From assembly GCA_016201215.1 (NCBI GenBank), contig JACQDH010000002.1, positions 3,303-27,302 of the forward strand: a stretch of DNA of 24,000 bases, given 5' to 3'. The stretch is from Acidobacteriota bacterium (GTDB lineage: Bacteria > Acidobacteriota > Terriglobia > Acidiferrales > UBA7541). This document shows positions 8,155 to 19,110 of the stretch, one piece after another (positions within the stretch are counted from its first letter, which is position 1; each line of letters begins with the position of its first letter). The translations under genes and the position numbers were made by a program. The notes below the pieces were generated by a model that saw nothing but the letters and a program-made list of their open reading frames with translations, was not told the DNA's origin and searched no databases.

Positions 8155-8975
8155 TGCGGCGAAGCGTTGTGGCAATCGTCCTGCTGGCAATGGGCGCGCT
8201 GGGCGTCGCGGCGCCGGTGCGCGCGCAGAACCCGGAGACGCTCCTCCCGGAGCAGAGCGCCGCGAAGGCCAAGGATCTCCTCCAGCAGGCCCTCGCCGCG
8301 CTGGGCGGCCCAGCCTATCTCGGCGTGCGCGACGCCGATTGCTCGGCGCGTCTTTCGCTGTTCGGTCATTCCGGCGACCTAACCGGCTACGACTTTATCC
8401 ACGATATCTGGAAGTTCCCGGACAAGAATCGCACCGAGTATTCCAAGAAGGGCAACGTCGTGGACATCTACAACGGCAACCAGGGCTGGACGCTGGACCG
8501 GGCCGGAGTGGCCGAAGCCTCGGCCGTGGCCGTGGAAGATTTTCAGGAGCAGGTGAAGAAGGACATGGACAACCTGCTGCGCTATCGGCTGAAGGAAGAG
8601 GGCATGATCTTCCGCTACGGCGGCAGCGACATCGTGGACCTCAAGCAGGTGGAATGGGTGGAGCTGGTGGACCGCGACCGGCGCACATTCCGCCTGGCGC
8701 TGGATGGTTCGACCCACCTGCCCGTCCGCTATGTCGTGCTTACGCGGAATCCCAGCACCCGCGAGCGCACCGAGGAGATCACCTACTTTTCCAACTATCA
8801 CGTCGAGAACGGCGTGCAGACGCCGTTCCAGGTCACCCGCGAACGCAACGGCCTGAAGATCTTTCAGGCGTTCTATTACGGCTGCAAGTACAACAGCGGC
8901 GTCAGCGACGACCTGTTCTCCCGCGCCGCGCTCGAAAAGCGCTGGGCGGAAACTCCTAAAAAGAAGAAAAAGTAG
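8145..8975 (+). CDS. secreted hypothetical protein with a lysine-rich C-terminus
   Basis: Signal peptide MRRSVVAIVLLAMGALGVAAPVRAQ. The start is GTG 8145 or ATG 8154; the ATG overlaps the upstream TGA by 1 nt (cTGATG). It ends ...ETPKKKKK. No family assigned. Confidence 0.6.
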   Translation: MRLMRRSVVAIVLLAMGALGVAAPVRAQNPETLLPEQSAAKAKDLLQQALAALGGPAYLGVRDADCSARLSLFGHSGDLTGYDFIHDIWKFPDKNRTEYSKKGNVVDIYNGNQGWTLDRAGVAEASAVAVEDFQEQVKKDMDNLLRYRLKEEGMIFRYGGSDIVDLKQVEWVELVDRDRRTFRLALDGSTHLPVRYVVLTRNPSTRERTEEITYFSNYHVENGVQTPFQVTRERNGLKIFQAFYYGCKYNSGVSDDLFSRAALEKRWAETPKKKKK

Positions 8976-9038
8976 CCGCGTCCCGTCGGCACGGGTTTCT
9001 GCTAGACTCCGCGCATCCTCCCGCGGAGGTTTCCTGAC

Positions 9039-10340
9039 GTGCTTCGCCGACGCGAATTCATCCGGCGCGCTGCGGTGGCCGCGGCGCTGCTCGGCCTGCC
9101 GCTGGCTCGGGCCGAGCAACTCTTCGCCCAGGACCCGCCCGCGCTGCCGCCGCGCGACCTCTACGGCACCGACCCGGACCGCTACTGGGCCGAGTTGCGC
9201 CGCCAGTGGCTGCTCGCCGCCGACCGCATCAACCTGAACTGCGGCTCGGTGGGCTGCACGCCGCTGCCGGTGCTGCGCGCGATGATTGACCACCTGCTCT
9301 CGGCCGAGGAATTCCGCGAGGCGCCCTACCCGTGGTTCGGCTACGAGGAGAATACGCGCCTGCGCGAGCTGCGCGACGCGCTGGCCGCGTTCCTGCACGT
9401 GAAGCGCGACGAGCTGGCCATCGTGCGCAACGCCACCGAAGCCAACAACGTGGTTTGCAACGGCCTGGACCTCAAGCCCGGTGACGAAGCCCTGCTCACC
9501 GACCAGGAGCATCCCGGCGGGCGCTGCTGCTGGGAGCAGAAGGCCGCGCGCTTCGGCGTGGAGTTGCGTTATGTCACGCTGCCCAAGCCTCCGGCCTCCA
9601 AGGAGCAGATCGTCGAACTGTTCGCACGCGCTATCACGCCGCGCACGCGCATCCTGGTCTTCAGCCACATCACGACGGTCACCGGCGTCATTCTTCCGGT
9701 GAAGGAAATCTGCGCGCTGGCGCGCTCGCGCGGCATCCTGACGCACGTGGACGGCGCGCACGCCATCGGGCAGATCCCACTCGACCTGTACGACCTGGGC
9801 TGCGACTTCTACGCCACCAGCCCGCACAAGTGGCTGATGTCGCCCAAGGGCACCGGCACGCTCTACGTGCGCGAAGAGTTGCTCGAGCGACTGTGGGTGA
9901 ATACGGTTACCACGGACTGGCGCAACTACGCGCTCAAGGCCTATCGCTTCTCGACCTTCGGCACGTCGAATCTTTCCGTGATGGTGGGCCTCAAGGCCGC
10001 GCTCGATTTCTTCCACACGATCGGCCCGGAGCGCATCTACGCGCGGCTGCACCAGCTTGCCACGCGGGTGCGTGACCGCGTCGCCGCACACGCCCAGGTG
10101 CAAGTCGTGAACGCCAGCAAGGACGAGTTTTTCGGCGGCCTGGTGAGCTTTGAGCCGGTGCCGCGCGTCGCACCCGGCGCAACGACCGGTGGGCTGCAGC
10201 GCGTGGCCGACGAATGCGCCGCACGCAACATCCGCATCGCCGGCGGCCCGGAGCGCATCCGCATCGCTACGCACATCTTCACCCAGCCGACCGATCTCAG
10301 CGCATTCTTCGACGCTCTCGATGCCGGCCTCCGCGCTTGA
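9039..10340 (+). CDS. class-V aminotransferase (cysteine desulfurase / isopenicillin-N epimerase-like, PLP-dependent) with a twin-arginine signal
   Basis: GTG start. N-terminus [25 protein letters not shown] looks like a Tat motif (RREFIR). It has HVDGAH and SPHKW (the PLP-binding lysine context). Confidence 0.8.
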   Translation: MLRRREFIRRAAVAAALLGLPLARAEQLFAQDPPALPPRDLYGTDPDRYWAELRRQWLLAADRINLNCGSVGCTPLPVLRAMIDHLLSAEEFREAPYPWFGYEENTRLRELRDALAAFLHVKRDELAIVRNATEANNVVCNGLDLKPGDEALLTDQEHPGGRCCWEQKAARFGVELRYVTLPKPPASKEQIVELFARAITPRTRILVFSHITTVTGVILPVKEICALARSRGILTHVDGAHAIGQIPLDLYDLGCDFYATSPHKWLMSPKGTGTLYVREELLERLWVNTVTTDWRNYALKAYRFSTFGTSNLSVMVGLKAALDFFHTIGPERIYARLHQLATRVRDRVAAHAQVQVVNASKDEFFGGLVSFEPVPRVAPGATTGGLQRVADECAARNIRIAGGPERIRIATHIFTQPTDLSAFFDALDAGLRA

Positions 10341-10372
10341 TTCCGGTCAGTTGCCTGGCACGGAAGCATGCG

Positions 10373-10402
10373 TTGGTTCCGGCTCGGCGCTCGCGGTATA
10401 AT
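10373..10402 (+). promoter_or_regulatory. candidate sigma-70 promoter for hslV(U)
   Basis: A perfect TATAAT at 10397-10402, with TTGGTT at 10373-10378 (18-nt spacer). GAGGA lies about 12 nt upstream of the ATG at 10436. Confidence 0.4.
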
Positions 10403-10435
10403 ATGCGGATGCGACAGACGAGGAAAAGTTCGCAG

Positions 10436-10960
10436 ATGCGCGGCACAACGGTTTTGTGCGTGCGGCGGGACAACAAGGTGGTGATGGCGGGCGACGGCCA
10501 GGTGACCTTCGGCGAGAGCGTGATGAAGCACTCGGCGAAGAAGATCCGCCGACTGTTCGACGACAAGATCCTGGCAGGCTTCGCCGGTACGACCGCCGAT
10601 GCGCTTTCACTCTTCGGACGCTTCGAGGGCAAGCTGCAGGAGCATCACGGCAACCTGGCGCGCGCGGTGGTCGAGCTGGCCAAGGACTGGCGCACCGACC
10701 GCGCCCTGCGGCACCTGGATGCGCTGTTGGTGGTGGCCGACGCCAAGTCCACGTTCCTGGTTTCCGGGCGCGGCGACATCATCGAGCCCGACGACGGCAT
10801 CTGCGCCATCGGGTCGGGCGGGGCGTTTGCCCTGGCCGCGGCGCGGGCGCTGGCGAAGCACACCAAACTCGCCGCCAAGGAGATTGCGCAGGAGGCCATG
10901 CGCATCGCCAGCGAGATCTGCATCTTTACCAACGACAACTTCACCCTGGAAGAATTGTGA
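10436..10960 (+). CDS. hslV: ATP-dependent protease subunit HslV
   Basis: [26 protein letters not shown]...GFAGTTADA...GSGG aligns along its whole length with the HslV pattern, including the N-terminal catalytic Thr context. Confidence 0.9.
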   Translation: MRGTTVLCVRRDNKVVMAGDGQVTFGESVMKHSAKKIRRLFDDKILAGFAGTTADALSLFGRFEGKLQEHHGNLARAVVELAKDWRTDRALRHLDALLVVADAKSTFLVSGRGDIIEPDDGICAIGSGGAFALAAARALAKHTKLAAKEIAQEAMRIASEICIFTNDNFTLEEL

Positions 10961-10978
10961 GCGCGCAATGAGGGCACG

Positions 10979-12264
10979 ATGAGCGGCAAAGCGGAAAAAG
11001 ATGCGGTGATTTATCTCCCCGGCGAGCAGAGCGCGGCGCAGCCGGAGCCGCCGCCGTCGTTCGACGAGTTGACGCCGCGGGAGATCGTCATTGAGCTCGA
11101 CAAGTACATCGTCGGGCAGAACGCGGCGAAACGCGCCGTGGCCATTGCGCTGCGCAACCGCGTGCGACGGCAGAAGCTGACTCCCGAGCTGGCCGAGGAA
11201 GTCCTGCCCAAGAACATCCTGATGATCGGCCCCACCGGCGTGGCAAGACGGAGATCGCGCGGCGGCTGGCGCGCCTGGCGGGCTGCCCGTTTGTGAAGGT
11301 GGAGGCGTCGAAGTACACCGAGGTGGGCTACGTCGGCCGCGATGTCGAATCCATGGTGCGCGACCTGGTGGAGATGTCCATTGACATGATCCGCGAGGAA
11401 AAACTCGACGAGGTGGCCGAACGCGCCGAGCAGGCCGCCGAGGAGCGCGTGCTCGACCTGTTGCTGCCCGCCTCGCCGCCGCACCCCGCGGAGCTCTCCA
11501 ACCCCGCCATCGAAGCGCAGAACCGCGAGCAGGCCAGCCGCACGCGCGACAAGTTGCGCGCCCAGCTCCGCGAAGGCAAGCTCGACCAGCGCGTTGTCGA
11601 GGTGGAGGTGCGCGAGCGCTCGATGCCCGCGTTTGAAATCGTCAGCAGCCAGGGCGTCGAGGAGATGGACATCAACGTCAAGGACATGCTCTCGGGCTTT
11701 TTCGGCCAGCAGAAGAAGAAGCGCAAGATGACCGTGGCCGAGGCGTTCGATTACTTGATCCAGGAGGAAGAGAGCCGCCTGATCGACATGGACCAGGTGA
11801 CGCGGTCGGCGGTGGAGCGCGCCGAGCAGATGGGCATCATTTTCGTTGACGAGATCGACAAGATCGCCGGGCGGGAATCGGGCCACGGCCCGGACGTTTC
11901 GCGCGAGGGCGTGCAGCGCGACGAGATGACCTCGCTCGGCGAGGCCGATTTCGTGCGCATCCTTACCGAGCCGAAGAACGCGCTGATCAAGCAGTACACG
12001 GCGCTGCTCGAAACCGAAGGCGTGAAACTCAGCTTCAGCGAAGACGCCGTGGCCACACTGGCGCGCTTTGCCGCGCTGGTGAACGAGCAGACGGAAAACA
12101 TCGGCGCGCGCCGCCTGCACACCATCCTCGAAAAGGTCCTGGACGATATCTCGTTTGAGGCTCCCGAGCTGAAAAAGAAAACCGTCAAGATTGATGCCGC
12201 CTACGTCCACAAGCAGCTCGCTGACATCGTCAAGAACCAGGACCTGAGCCGGTACATCCTCTGA
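10979..12264 (+). pseudogene. hslU: hslU (AAA+ unfoldase) disrupted by a -1 frameshift in Walker A and by an in-frame internal deletion
   Basis: Frame 2 reads ...[31 protein letters not shown]...ILMIGPTGV, then goes out of frame at ggcgtggcaagacg (11237-11250). Frame 1 continues [37 protein letters not shown]. Later, DVSREGVQRD is followed directly by EMTSLGEADFVRILTEP, skipping the ~50-aa LLP...GRFPIRV block present in canonical HslU. Confidence 0.85.
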
Positions 12265-12281
12265 TCCCCACCACGCCGCAG

Positions 12282-13478
12282 ATGAAAACAAGAAGAGAGG
12301 ACTCCGCCGTGACGTTTCAATCCCGCGACGCTTGGGCCTCTCTTCTGGTTTTTCTCTTTGCACTGCTGTGCTTTAGCGCGCTGGCGGGTTGCGCCGCGCC
12401 GGGCGAGCCGGCCCCGAAGCGGCCGCTGGTGCCGGGAGCGATCAAGGACCTGGCCGTGCGCCAGGCGGGCGACGCCGTGGTGTTGACCTTCACCCTGCCG
12501 AAAAACTCCATCGAGGGCCAGCCGCTCGGCGAACCGCCCGCGGTGGAGATCTATCGCGGGGCGCTGCCCGCCGGAGCGGCGCAGGGCAAACTCTCCACGC
12601 GGCTGGTCTATGCGATTCCCGGGGCGCTGGTGGACACCTATCTCAGCGAGGGGCGTGTGAAGTTTTCCGACCCGCTGAGGCCCGAAGATCTGGCCGGGCA
12701 AGCAGGCGGGCAAATGGTCTATATGGTGCGGACGCGCGCGTCACGTAGGCGGGCCTCGGCAGACTCCAACGTCGCGGCCCTGCGGGTTTACCCCGCGCCC
12801 GAGCGCATTGGCGACGTCCGCGCCGCGGTCACCGAAACGACCGTCGAGCTCTCGTGGTCGCCACCGCAGCGCAACTCCACCGGCAGCGCGCTCGGCTCGC
12901 TGGCAGGCTACCGCGTCTATCGCGCCGAAGTCGAGCCTGGCGGGGATGCCGCCGCGGTGGATGATCCCTCGAAGGCCAAGCGGAAAACGCCGCTCGAATT
13001 GCTGGGGCCCACGCCCGCGGCGGCGTTCCGCGACACCCAGTTTGAATTCGGCCGCACGTATCTTTACACCGTGCGCAGCGTGGCGCAGTATGAGGCCGAT
13101 TCCGTCGAGTCGGCCGATTCGCGGCCGGTGGTGGTGACCCCGCGCGATGTTTTCCCGCCCGCGGCGCCGCAGGGGCTGGTGGTCGTCCTGGTGCCCGCCA
13201 CAGCCGGCGCAGAGGCGTACCTGGAACTTTCCTGGAGCATCAGTCCTGAAACTGACCTGGCCGGGTACCACGTCTATCGAAGCGAGCCGGAGGGCGCTGC
13301 AGCTTCGGGCCGCGGGGAGCGCGTGAACCGCGAATTGTTGCTCAGCCCAACGTTTCGTGATATGTGGGTCGAGCGCGACCGCCGCTATACCTACCGAGTC
13401 ACCGCGGTGGATCTTGCCGGCAACGAAAGCCCCGCGAGTGCCGCCGTCTTGGCGGAAGTCCCGCCGCGCGAGCCATAA
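12282..13478 (+). CDS. lipoprotein with fibronectin type III-like repeats
   Basis: Lipobox LAGC after a hydrophobic segment. Repeated FN3-like signatures: VELSWSPP, YLELSWSISPETDLAGYHVYRSE, YTYRVTAVDLAGNES. Confidence 0.65.
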   Translation: MKTRREDSAVTFQSRDAWASLLVFLFALLCFSALAGCAAPGEPAPKRPLVPGAIKDLAVRQAGDAVVLTFTLPKNSIEGQPLGEPPAVEIYRGALPAGAAQGKLSTRLVYAIPGALVDTYLSEGRVKFSDPLRPEDLAGQAGGQMVYMVRTRASRRRASADSNVAALRVYPAPERIGDVRAAVTETTVELSWSPPQRNSTGSALGSLAGYRVYRAEVEPGGDAAAVDDPSKAKRKTPLELLGPTPAAAFRDTQFEFGRTYLYTVRSVAQYEADSVESADSRPVVVTPRDVFPPAAPQGLVVVLVPATAGAEAYLELSWSISPETDLAGYHVYRSEPEGAAASGRGERVNRELLLSPTFRDMWVERDRRYTYRVTAVDLAGNESPASAAVLAEVPPREP

Positions 13479-13494
13479 GGAAAGGCCCTGAGAA

Positions 13495-13980
13495 ATGATT
13501 GCACGGTTGCCCCAGTCGCAGCTCCCGGGCTCACGGTGGCTCGCGTGGCTGCGCAACGCAACGCTGCGCGTGGGTTTGCTGACCGGCATCTATCTCTCCA
13601 TCGTCCTGGCCGCCTGGATGCTCATCGCCAACCGCGTCCCCTGGTCAGCCAAGTTTGCCCACGCCCGCAACCTCGGGGCGGCAGCAGTGATGGCCGTACT
13701 GATGCTGATTCCCGTTCTGCGGTTCTTGCGCTCGCCAGCGCGGCTGTTTGCTTCCGGCGTGGTGGGCTGGGCGGTGTTGTCTTGGACCTACGTGATGCTG
13801 GGGCTGTATTTCGAGCGGCTCTACAGCCGGAAGGGGCCTTTGCACGTGTTCATGCTTGGCGCCGTGGTCTATGGGTCCGCCGCCGTGGTTGCCTGGGTGG
13901 CTTCGATGGTGCTGGCCGCACGCCGCCATCACCATCATCACCACCAGAGTGTCGCCGTTTCACGCCGCCGGATGTACTGA
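13495..13980 (+). CDS. integral membrane protein with a C-terminal His6 run
   Basis: About four hydrophobic segments, ending ...LAARRHHHHHHQSVAVSRRRMY. AAGGAAAGG lies upstream of the ATG at 13495. Confidence 0.55.
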   Translation: MIARLPQSQLPGSRWLAWLRNATLRVGLLTGIYLSIVLAAWMLIANRVPWSAKFAHARNLGAAAVMAVLMLIPVLRFLRSPARLFASGVVGWAVLSWTYVMLGLYFERLYSRKGPLHVFMLGAVVYGSAAVVAWVASMVLAARRHHHHHHQSVAVSRRRMY

Positions 13981-13987
13981 CTTCCCG

Positions 13988-14800
13988 ATGAAACTCTGTC
14001 GGTTCCAGCCGCTGCATTTCAGCGCCGAGCAGGTCGGACGCTCGGGCGGCGAAGCGTATCCCGAGCCGCGCGCGGGCGTGATCACCGGCGAAACGGTGCG
14101 GGAGATTTCGGGCGACATCTTCCGCCAGTGGCGCGCCACCGACCGCGCCTGGCCGCTCGAGGAAGTGAAGCTGCTGCCGCCGGTAGTGCCCAGCAAGCTT
14201 GTTTGCCTGGGGCGCAACTACCGCGCGCACGCCGCCGAGCTGGGCCACGAGGTTCCCAAGGAGCCGCTGATTTTCCTCAAGCCGCCTTCGGCGATTATCG
14301 GCCCCGAGGAACCCATCGTGCTCCCGCCCATCTCCCAGCGCGTGGACTACGAGGGCGAACTGGCCGCGGTCATCGGCCGCGTCTGCTCGCAACTCGCGCC
14401 GGACGCCGACGTGCGGCCGTACATCCTGGGCTGGACGTGCCTCAACGACGTGACGGCGCGCGACCTGCAAAGGGCCGACGTGCAGTTCACCCGCGCGAAG
14501 GGTTTTGACACCTTCTGCCCGCTCGGGCCGGTGATCGAAACCGAGCTCGACCTGGCCACGACCACGATCGAAACCTACGTCAACGGCGAGCGGCGCCAGT
14601 CTGCTCCGGCCACGCTGATGATCTTTCCGGTTGATGTTATAATTCGCTGGGTTTCGCGCATGATGACGCTGGTGCCCGGCGACATCATCGCTACCGGCAC
14701 GCCAGCGGGCGTCGGGCCGCTGAAGGCTGGAGACGTGGTCGAAGTGGTGGTCGGCGGCGTGGGCACGCTCCGTAACCCGGTGGTCACACCGGCGACGTAA
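13988..14800 (+). CDS. fumarylacetoacetate hydrolase (FAH) family protein
   Basis: KLVCLGRNYRAHAAE, IFLKPPSA, DYEGELAAVIG, NDVTARD, KGFDTFCPLGP and PGDIIATGTP are canonical FAH-family motifs. I place the start at ATG 13988 rather than the track start at 13856. Confidence 0.85.
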   Translation: MKLCRFQPLHFSAEQVGRSGGEAYPEPRAGVITGETVREISGDIFRQWRATDRAWPLEEVKLLPPVVPSKLVCLGRNYRAHAAELGHEVPKEPLIFLKPPSAIIGPEEPIVLPPISQRVDYEGELAAVIGRVCSQLAPDADVRPYILGWTCLNDVTARDLQRADVQFTRAKGFDTFCPLGPVIETELDLATTTIETYVNGERRQSAPATLMIFPVDVIIRWVSRMMTLVPGDIIATGTPAGVGPLKAGDVVEVVVGGVGTLRNPVVTPAT

Positions 14801-14848
14801 ATCCTCTCCGCAGAATGCCGTATCCTGTAGGCTATAAGGAGATCGCCC

Positions 14849-15544
14849 ATGAAATTTTTTCTGGATACCGCGAACCGGGACGAAATCCGCCAGGCGGTCG
14901 CGCTCGGCGTGCTCGACGGCATCACCACGAATCCCACGCTGGTGGCCAAGGAGAAGCGCCCCTTCCGCGAGCACATCCTGGAGATCTGCGAGATTGTCAA
15001 GCCCGGCGTGGTGAACGCGGAGGTGGTTTCCACCGATACCGAGGGGATGCTCCGCGAAGCACACGAGCTGGCCGGCTGGCACCCCAACATCGTGGTGAAG
15101 GTGCCCATGACGCTGCCTGGAGTGCAGGCGCTCCATGTGCTGGCGCGCGAGGGCGTGCGCGTCAACGTCACCCTGGTCTTCTCCGCAGCCCAGGCGCTGA
15201 TTGCGGCCAAGGCCGGCGCGTATTTCGTCAGCCCGTTCCTCGGGCGGCTGGACGACGTGGCGCAGAGTGGCCTGGGGCTGTTGCGCGAGATCGTGGAGGT
15301 CTACCGCGCCTATAACTTTCCAACGCAGATCCTGGCCGCGAGCCTGCGCCATCCGATCCACGTCGTGGAGGCGGCGAAGATGGGCGCGCACATCGCCACC
15401 ATGCCGTTCAAGGTTTTCGAGCAACTCTTCAAGCACCCGTTGACCGACCGGGGGCTGGAAGGATTCCTGAAAGATTGGGAGAAGGCGCGCGAGGTGCTGG
15501 GTGAGATTGTGGAACCCGCCGGCGCGCGCAAAGGCGGGCGGTGA
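14849..15544 (+). CDS. tal: transaldolase / fructose-6-phosphate aldolase (short TalB-3B/Fsa type)
   Basis: [27 protein letters not shown] (Schiff-base Lys context) and [17 protein letters not shown] lies 7 nt upstream of the ATG. Confidence 0.9.
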   Translation: MKFFLDTANRDEIRQAVALGVLDGITTNPTLVAKEKRPFREHILEICEIVKPGVVNAEVVSTDTEGMLREAHELAGWHPNIVVKVPMTLPGVQALHVLAREGVRVNVTLVFSAAQALIAAKAGAYFVSPFLGRLDDVAQSGLGLLREIVEVYRAYNFPTQILAASLRHPIHVVEAAKMGAHIATMPFKVFEQLFKHPLTDRGLEGFLKDWEKAREVLGEIVEPAGARKGGR

Positions 15545-15996
15545 GATACCTTGGAATCGATTGGCGGATTCTGCTGGGAACCGCGGTGGCACTCCTGTTC
15601 GGCGGCGGCGCGTTCTATTGGTTGCGTCGGCGGCCGGCAGACCCGGAGGAAATCGAACGCCGGCGCCGCTCACACCTGAACCAGGTGGGCCGCATCGTCG
15701 AAGGCCACGTCGTCGAGCTGCTGGAAACTTCGCCCGAGCCGCAGAGCGGTGGCGGCTTTTTCCGAAGGCGCGGCCACGCCGCCCCCGGCGGCACGCCCGA
15801 TGGCGCGCGCAAGCTGGTCTGCTACAGCTACTCGATCTCCGGCGTCACCTACGAAACCGCCCAGGACGTCACCGGGCTCGAGGAGCGCCTGCACCTGGAG
15901 CGCCTGGCCGCCGGCCAGCCAGCCAGCGTCAAGTACGATCCCTCGAACCCCAGCGACTCCATCCTGGTGGCCGACGACTGGTCCGGCCTGCACTGA
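15541..15996 (+). CDS. membrane-anchored hypothetical protein (DUF3592-like)
   Basis: The GTG start overlaps the tal stop (GTGA). One N-terminal TM segment is followed by a beta-rich domain ([11 protein letters not shown]...VKYDPSNP). Confidence 0.5.
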   Translation: MRYLGIDWRILLGTAVALLFGGGAFYWLRRRPADPEEIERRRRSHLNQVGRIVEGHVVELLETSPEPQSGGGFFRRRGHAAPGGTPDGARKLVCYSYSISGVTYETAQDVTGLEERLHLERLAAGQPASVKYDPSNPSDSILVADDWSGLH

Positions 15997-16095
15997 AGCG
16001 GCGCCCGCCACTCCCCCAGCAGCCCGGTGCGAATCAGTAGGTGATTCCCGTTGCGCCCGCTCTGAGCTATCCTTGCCTTTGTTTCGGACACACCA

Positions 16096-16356
16096 ATGAA
16101 GCAGCGCATCACCTACACGCACCTGCTCGCGGCCGTGCTGACCACGCTGCTGGTGGTGGCCATGACCCTGGCGGCGGTGTTCCTGCTGGTCAAGGTCACT
16201 TTTACCATCGCCGAGATGAGCAACCCGATGTTCCGCGCCGCAGCGGTGATGGCCGAATTGGTCCTCGGTGCAGTTCTCCTGGTGGGCACCGTATATATGG
16301 CCACGCATCTGGCCGTGCGCATCTTCGGCGGTGGCACGCCGCGCGCCGGTGACTGA
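16096..16356 (+). CDS. small hypothetical membrane protein
   Basis: 86 aa with two clear hydrophobic segments. No family recognised. Confidence 0.4.
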   Translation: MKQRITYTHLLAAVLTTLLVVAMTLAAVFLLVKVTFTIAEMSNPMFRAAAVMAELVLGAVLLVGTVYMATHLAVRIFGGGTPRAGD

Positions 16357-16470
16357 GCCTCTTCCGGCGTGCCATTGCGGGGCGCGGCAGGTCATGGGAG
16401 ACTTGCCCTGCCGGCCCGGCGCCGGGGCGAAAGGAGCTTGCCGGAGGGTTTTGCCTGCAAGCAGAATCTT

Positions 16471-18066
<1,596 letters not shown>

Positions 18067-18091
18067 CGCGTCGGAGCGAGGGCGGCCGGCT

Positions 18092-18172
18092 CGAGCGAAG
18101 CTCCCGCGCAGCGGGAACACCAACCCCAAGAAGAAGCACGGCAACATCCCGCTGTCGCAAATGGTCTGTTGA
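18092..18172 (+). pseudogene. relic second copy of the carboxyltransferase 3' terminus (RAKL...[12 protein letters not shown]), out of frame with the intact gene
   Basis: Positions 18119-18154 encode [12 protein letters not shown], identical to 18028-18063. There are 7 nucleotide differences, all at third codon positions. RAKL at 18092-18103 likewise matches 17980-17991 with 2 synonymous changes. Confidence 0.6.
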
Positions 18173-18197
18173 CTAAAGTCATCACCGGCATTATCCT
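18169..18197 (+). promoter_or_regulatory. candidate promoter for the methyltransferase gene (possibly a leaderless transcript)
   Basis: TTGACT (18169-18174), a 17-nt spacer, then TATCCT (18192-18197). The first ATG (18205) lies 8 nt after the -10 and has no Shine-Dalgarno. Confidence 0.3.
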
Positions 18198-18204
18198 TGG
18201 GTCC

Positions 18205-19110
18205 ATGTTGGCGTGTAAGCCTTACTACGAGACTCATCTCGGAAGAGCTTACCTGGGTGATTGCCTAAGAATCATGCGCCAATTGCCCGACGATTCGGTC
18301 AACTTAGTGATGACTTCGCCGCCTTTCGGCCTTGCTTTTAAGAAGGAGTACGGCAACCCGGATTCAGACGACTACGTAGAGTGGTTCCTGCCGCATGCGC
18401 GGGAGATGAAACGGCTCATTAAGAAGGACGGGAGCATCGTCATAGACATAGGCGGTGCCTGGAAGAAAGGAAATCCGACTCGGTCTCTTTACCAGTTCAA
18501 GTTGCTGCTAACTCTCTGTGAAGAGGTTGGTCTTCACCTTGCCCAGGACTTTTATTGGTTCCGACCGGCCGCCCTACCCGCGCCTGCCGAGTGGGTCGCC
18601 GTCAGGCGGATTCGAGTCAAGGACTCAGTGAACTGCATTTGGTGGTTGAGCAAGACCGAATGGCCGAAAGCCAGCAACCGAAATGTACTGCAGCCGTACA
18701 GCAAAGATATGATCCGCCTCCTCCAGAAAGGGTACAGGTCAAAACTTCGTCCGTCCGGCCATTTCGTGACGCCCAAGTTCATGAGTGACCGCGGTGGTGC
18801 GATTCCACCGAACCTTCTACAAGTGGGCGGCAATGAATCCAACAGCCACTATCTCAAAGCTTGTGGAGAAGCAGGACTTAGACCTCACCCGGCTCGCTTC
18901 CCCAGAGAGATACCAGAGTTTTTCATTAAGCTGACCACCGAGGAAACGGATTGGGTCCTGGACCCGTTCGCAGGTTCAAACGTGACTGGCGAGGCCGCTG
19001 AGTTTATGAACAGGCGTTGGATCGCTATAGAAATCAGGAAGGACTATTTGGAAGGATCACTTTTCCGCTTCGAGGAGCCAGAGCTCTTTCGCAGCGCATC
19101 TGCCCGTTAA
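18205..19110 (+). CDS. Type II DNA methyltransferase, beta-class amino-MTase (N4-cytosine or N6-adenine; SPPF favours m4C)
   Basis: Motif IV is TSPPFGL (SPPF at 18316-18327), near the N-terminus. AdoMet motif I is [10 protein letters not shown] (18961-18990), near the C-terminus. This motif order defines the beta class. The region is low-GC. The track start TTG 18169 coincides with the putative -35, so I prefer ATG 18205. Confidence 0.85.
   Translation: MLACKPYYETHLGRAYLGDCLRIMRQLPDDSVNLVMTSPPFGLAFKKEYGNPDSDDYVEWFLPHAREMKRLIKKDGSIVIDIGGAWKKGNPTRSLYQFKLLLTLCEEVGLHLAQDFYWFRPAALPAPAEWVAVRRIRVKDSVNCIWWLSKTEWPKASNRNVLQPYSKDMIRLLQKGYRSKLRPSGHFVTPKFMSDRGGAIPPNLLQVGGNESNSHYLKACGEAGLRPHPARFPREIPEFFIKLTTEETDWVLDPFAGSNVTGEAAEFMNRRWIAIEIRKDYLEGSLFRFEEPELFRSASAR

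Noticed and set aside
8379-10274. Very long minus-strand ORF (631 aa). Similar long antisense ORFs occur at 11011-12363, 13850-15673, 15670-17190, 20968-22008, 7150-8190, 3757-4752, 4472-5248, 6462-7232 and 22683-23501.
   Set aside because: Each lies antisense to, or out of frame with, a gene carrying clear family motifs. Their translations are Arg/Ala/Gly/Pro-rich low-complexity strings without motifs. Stop-poor shadow frames are expected in GC-rich DNA.
10355-10372. Sigma-54-like promoter CTGGCACGGAAGCATGCG between the aminotransferase and hslV. It was attractive because a sigma-54 activator is in the window.
   Set aside because: The -24 element is perfect, but the -12 element (TGC) is one nucleotide too far away and lacks the TTGC context, and sigma-54 spacing is strict. 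A perfect TATAAT 25 nt downstream is a better promoter candidate.
13921-13944. His6 run as evidence of an engineered or cloned tag.
   Set aside because: It has mixed CAT/CAC codons in a native-looking context, is followed by 13 more codons, and has no vector, linker or protease-site sequence nearby.
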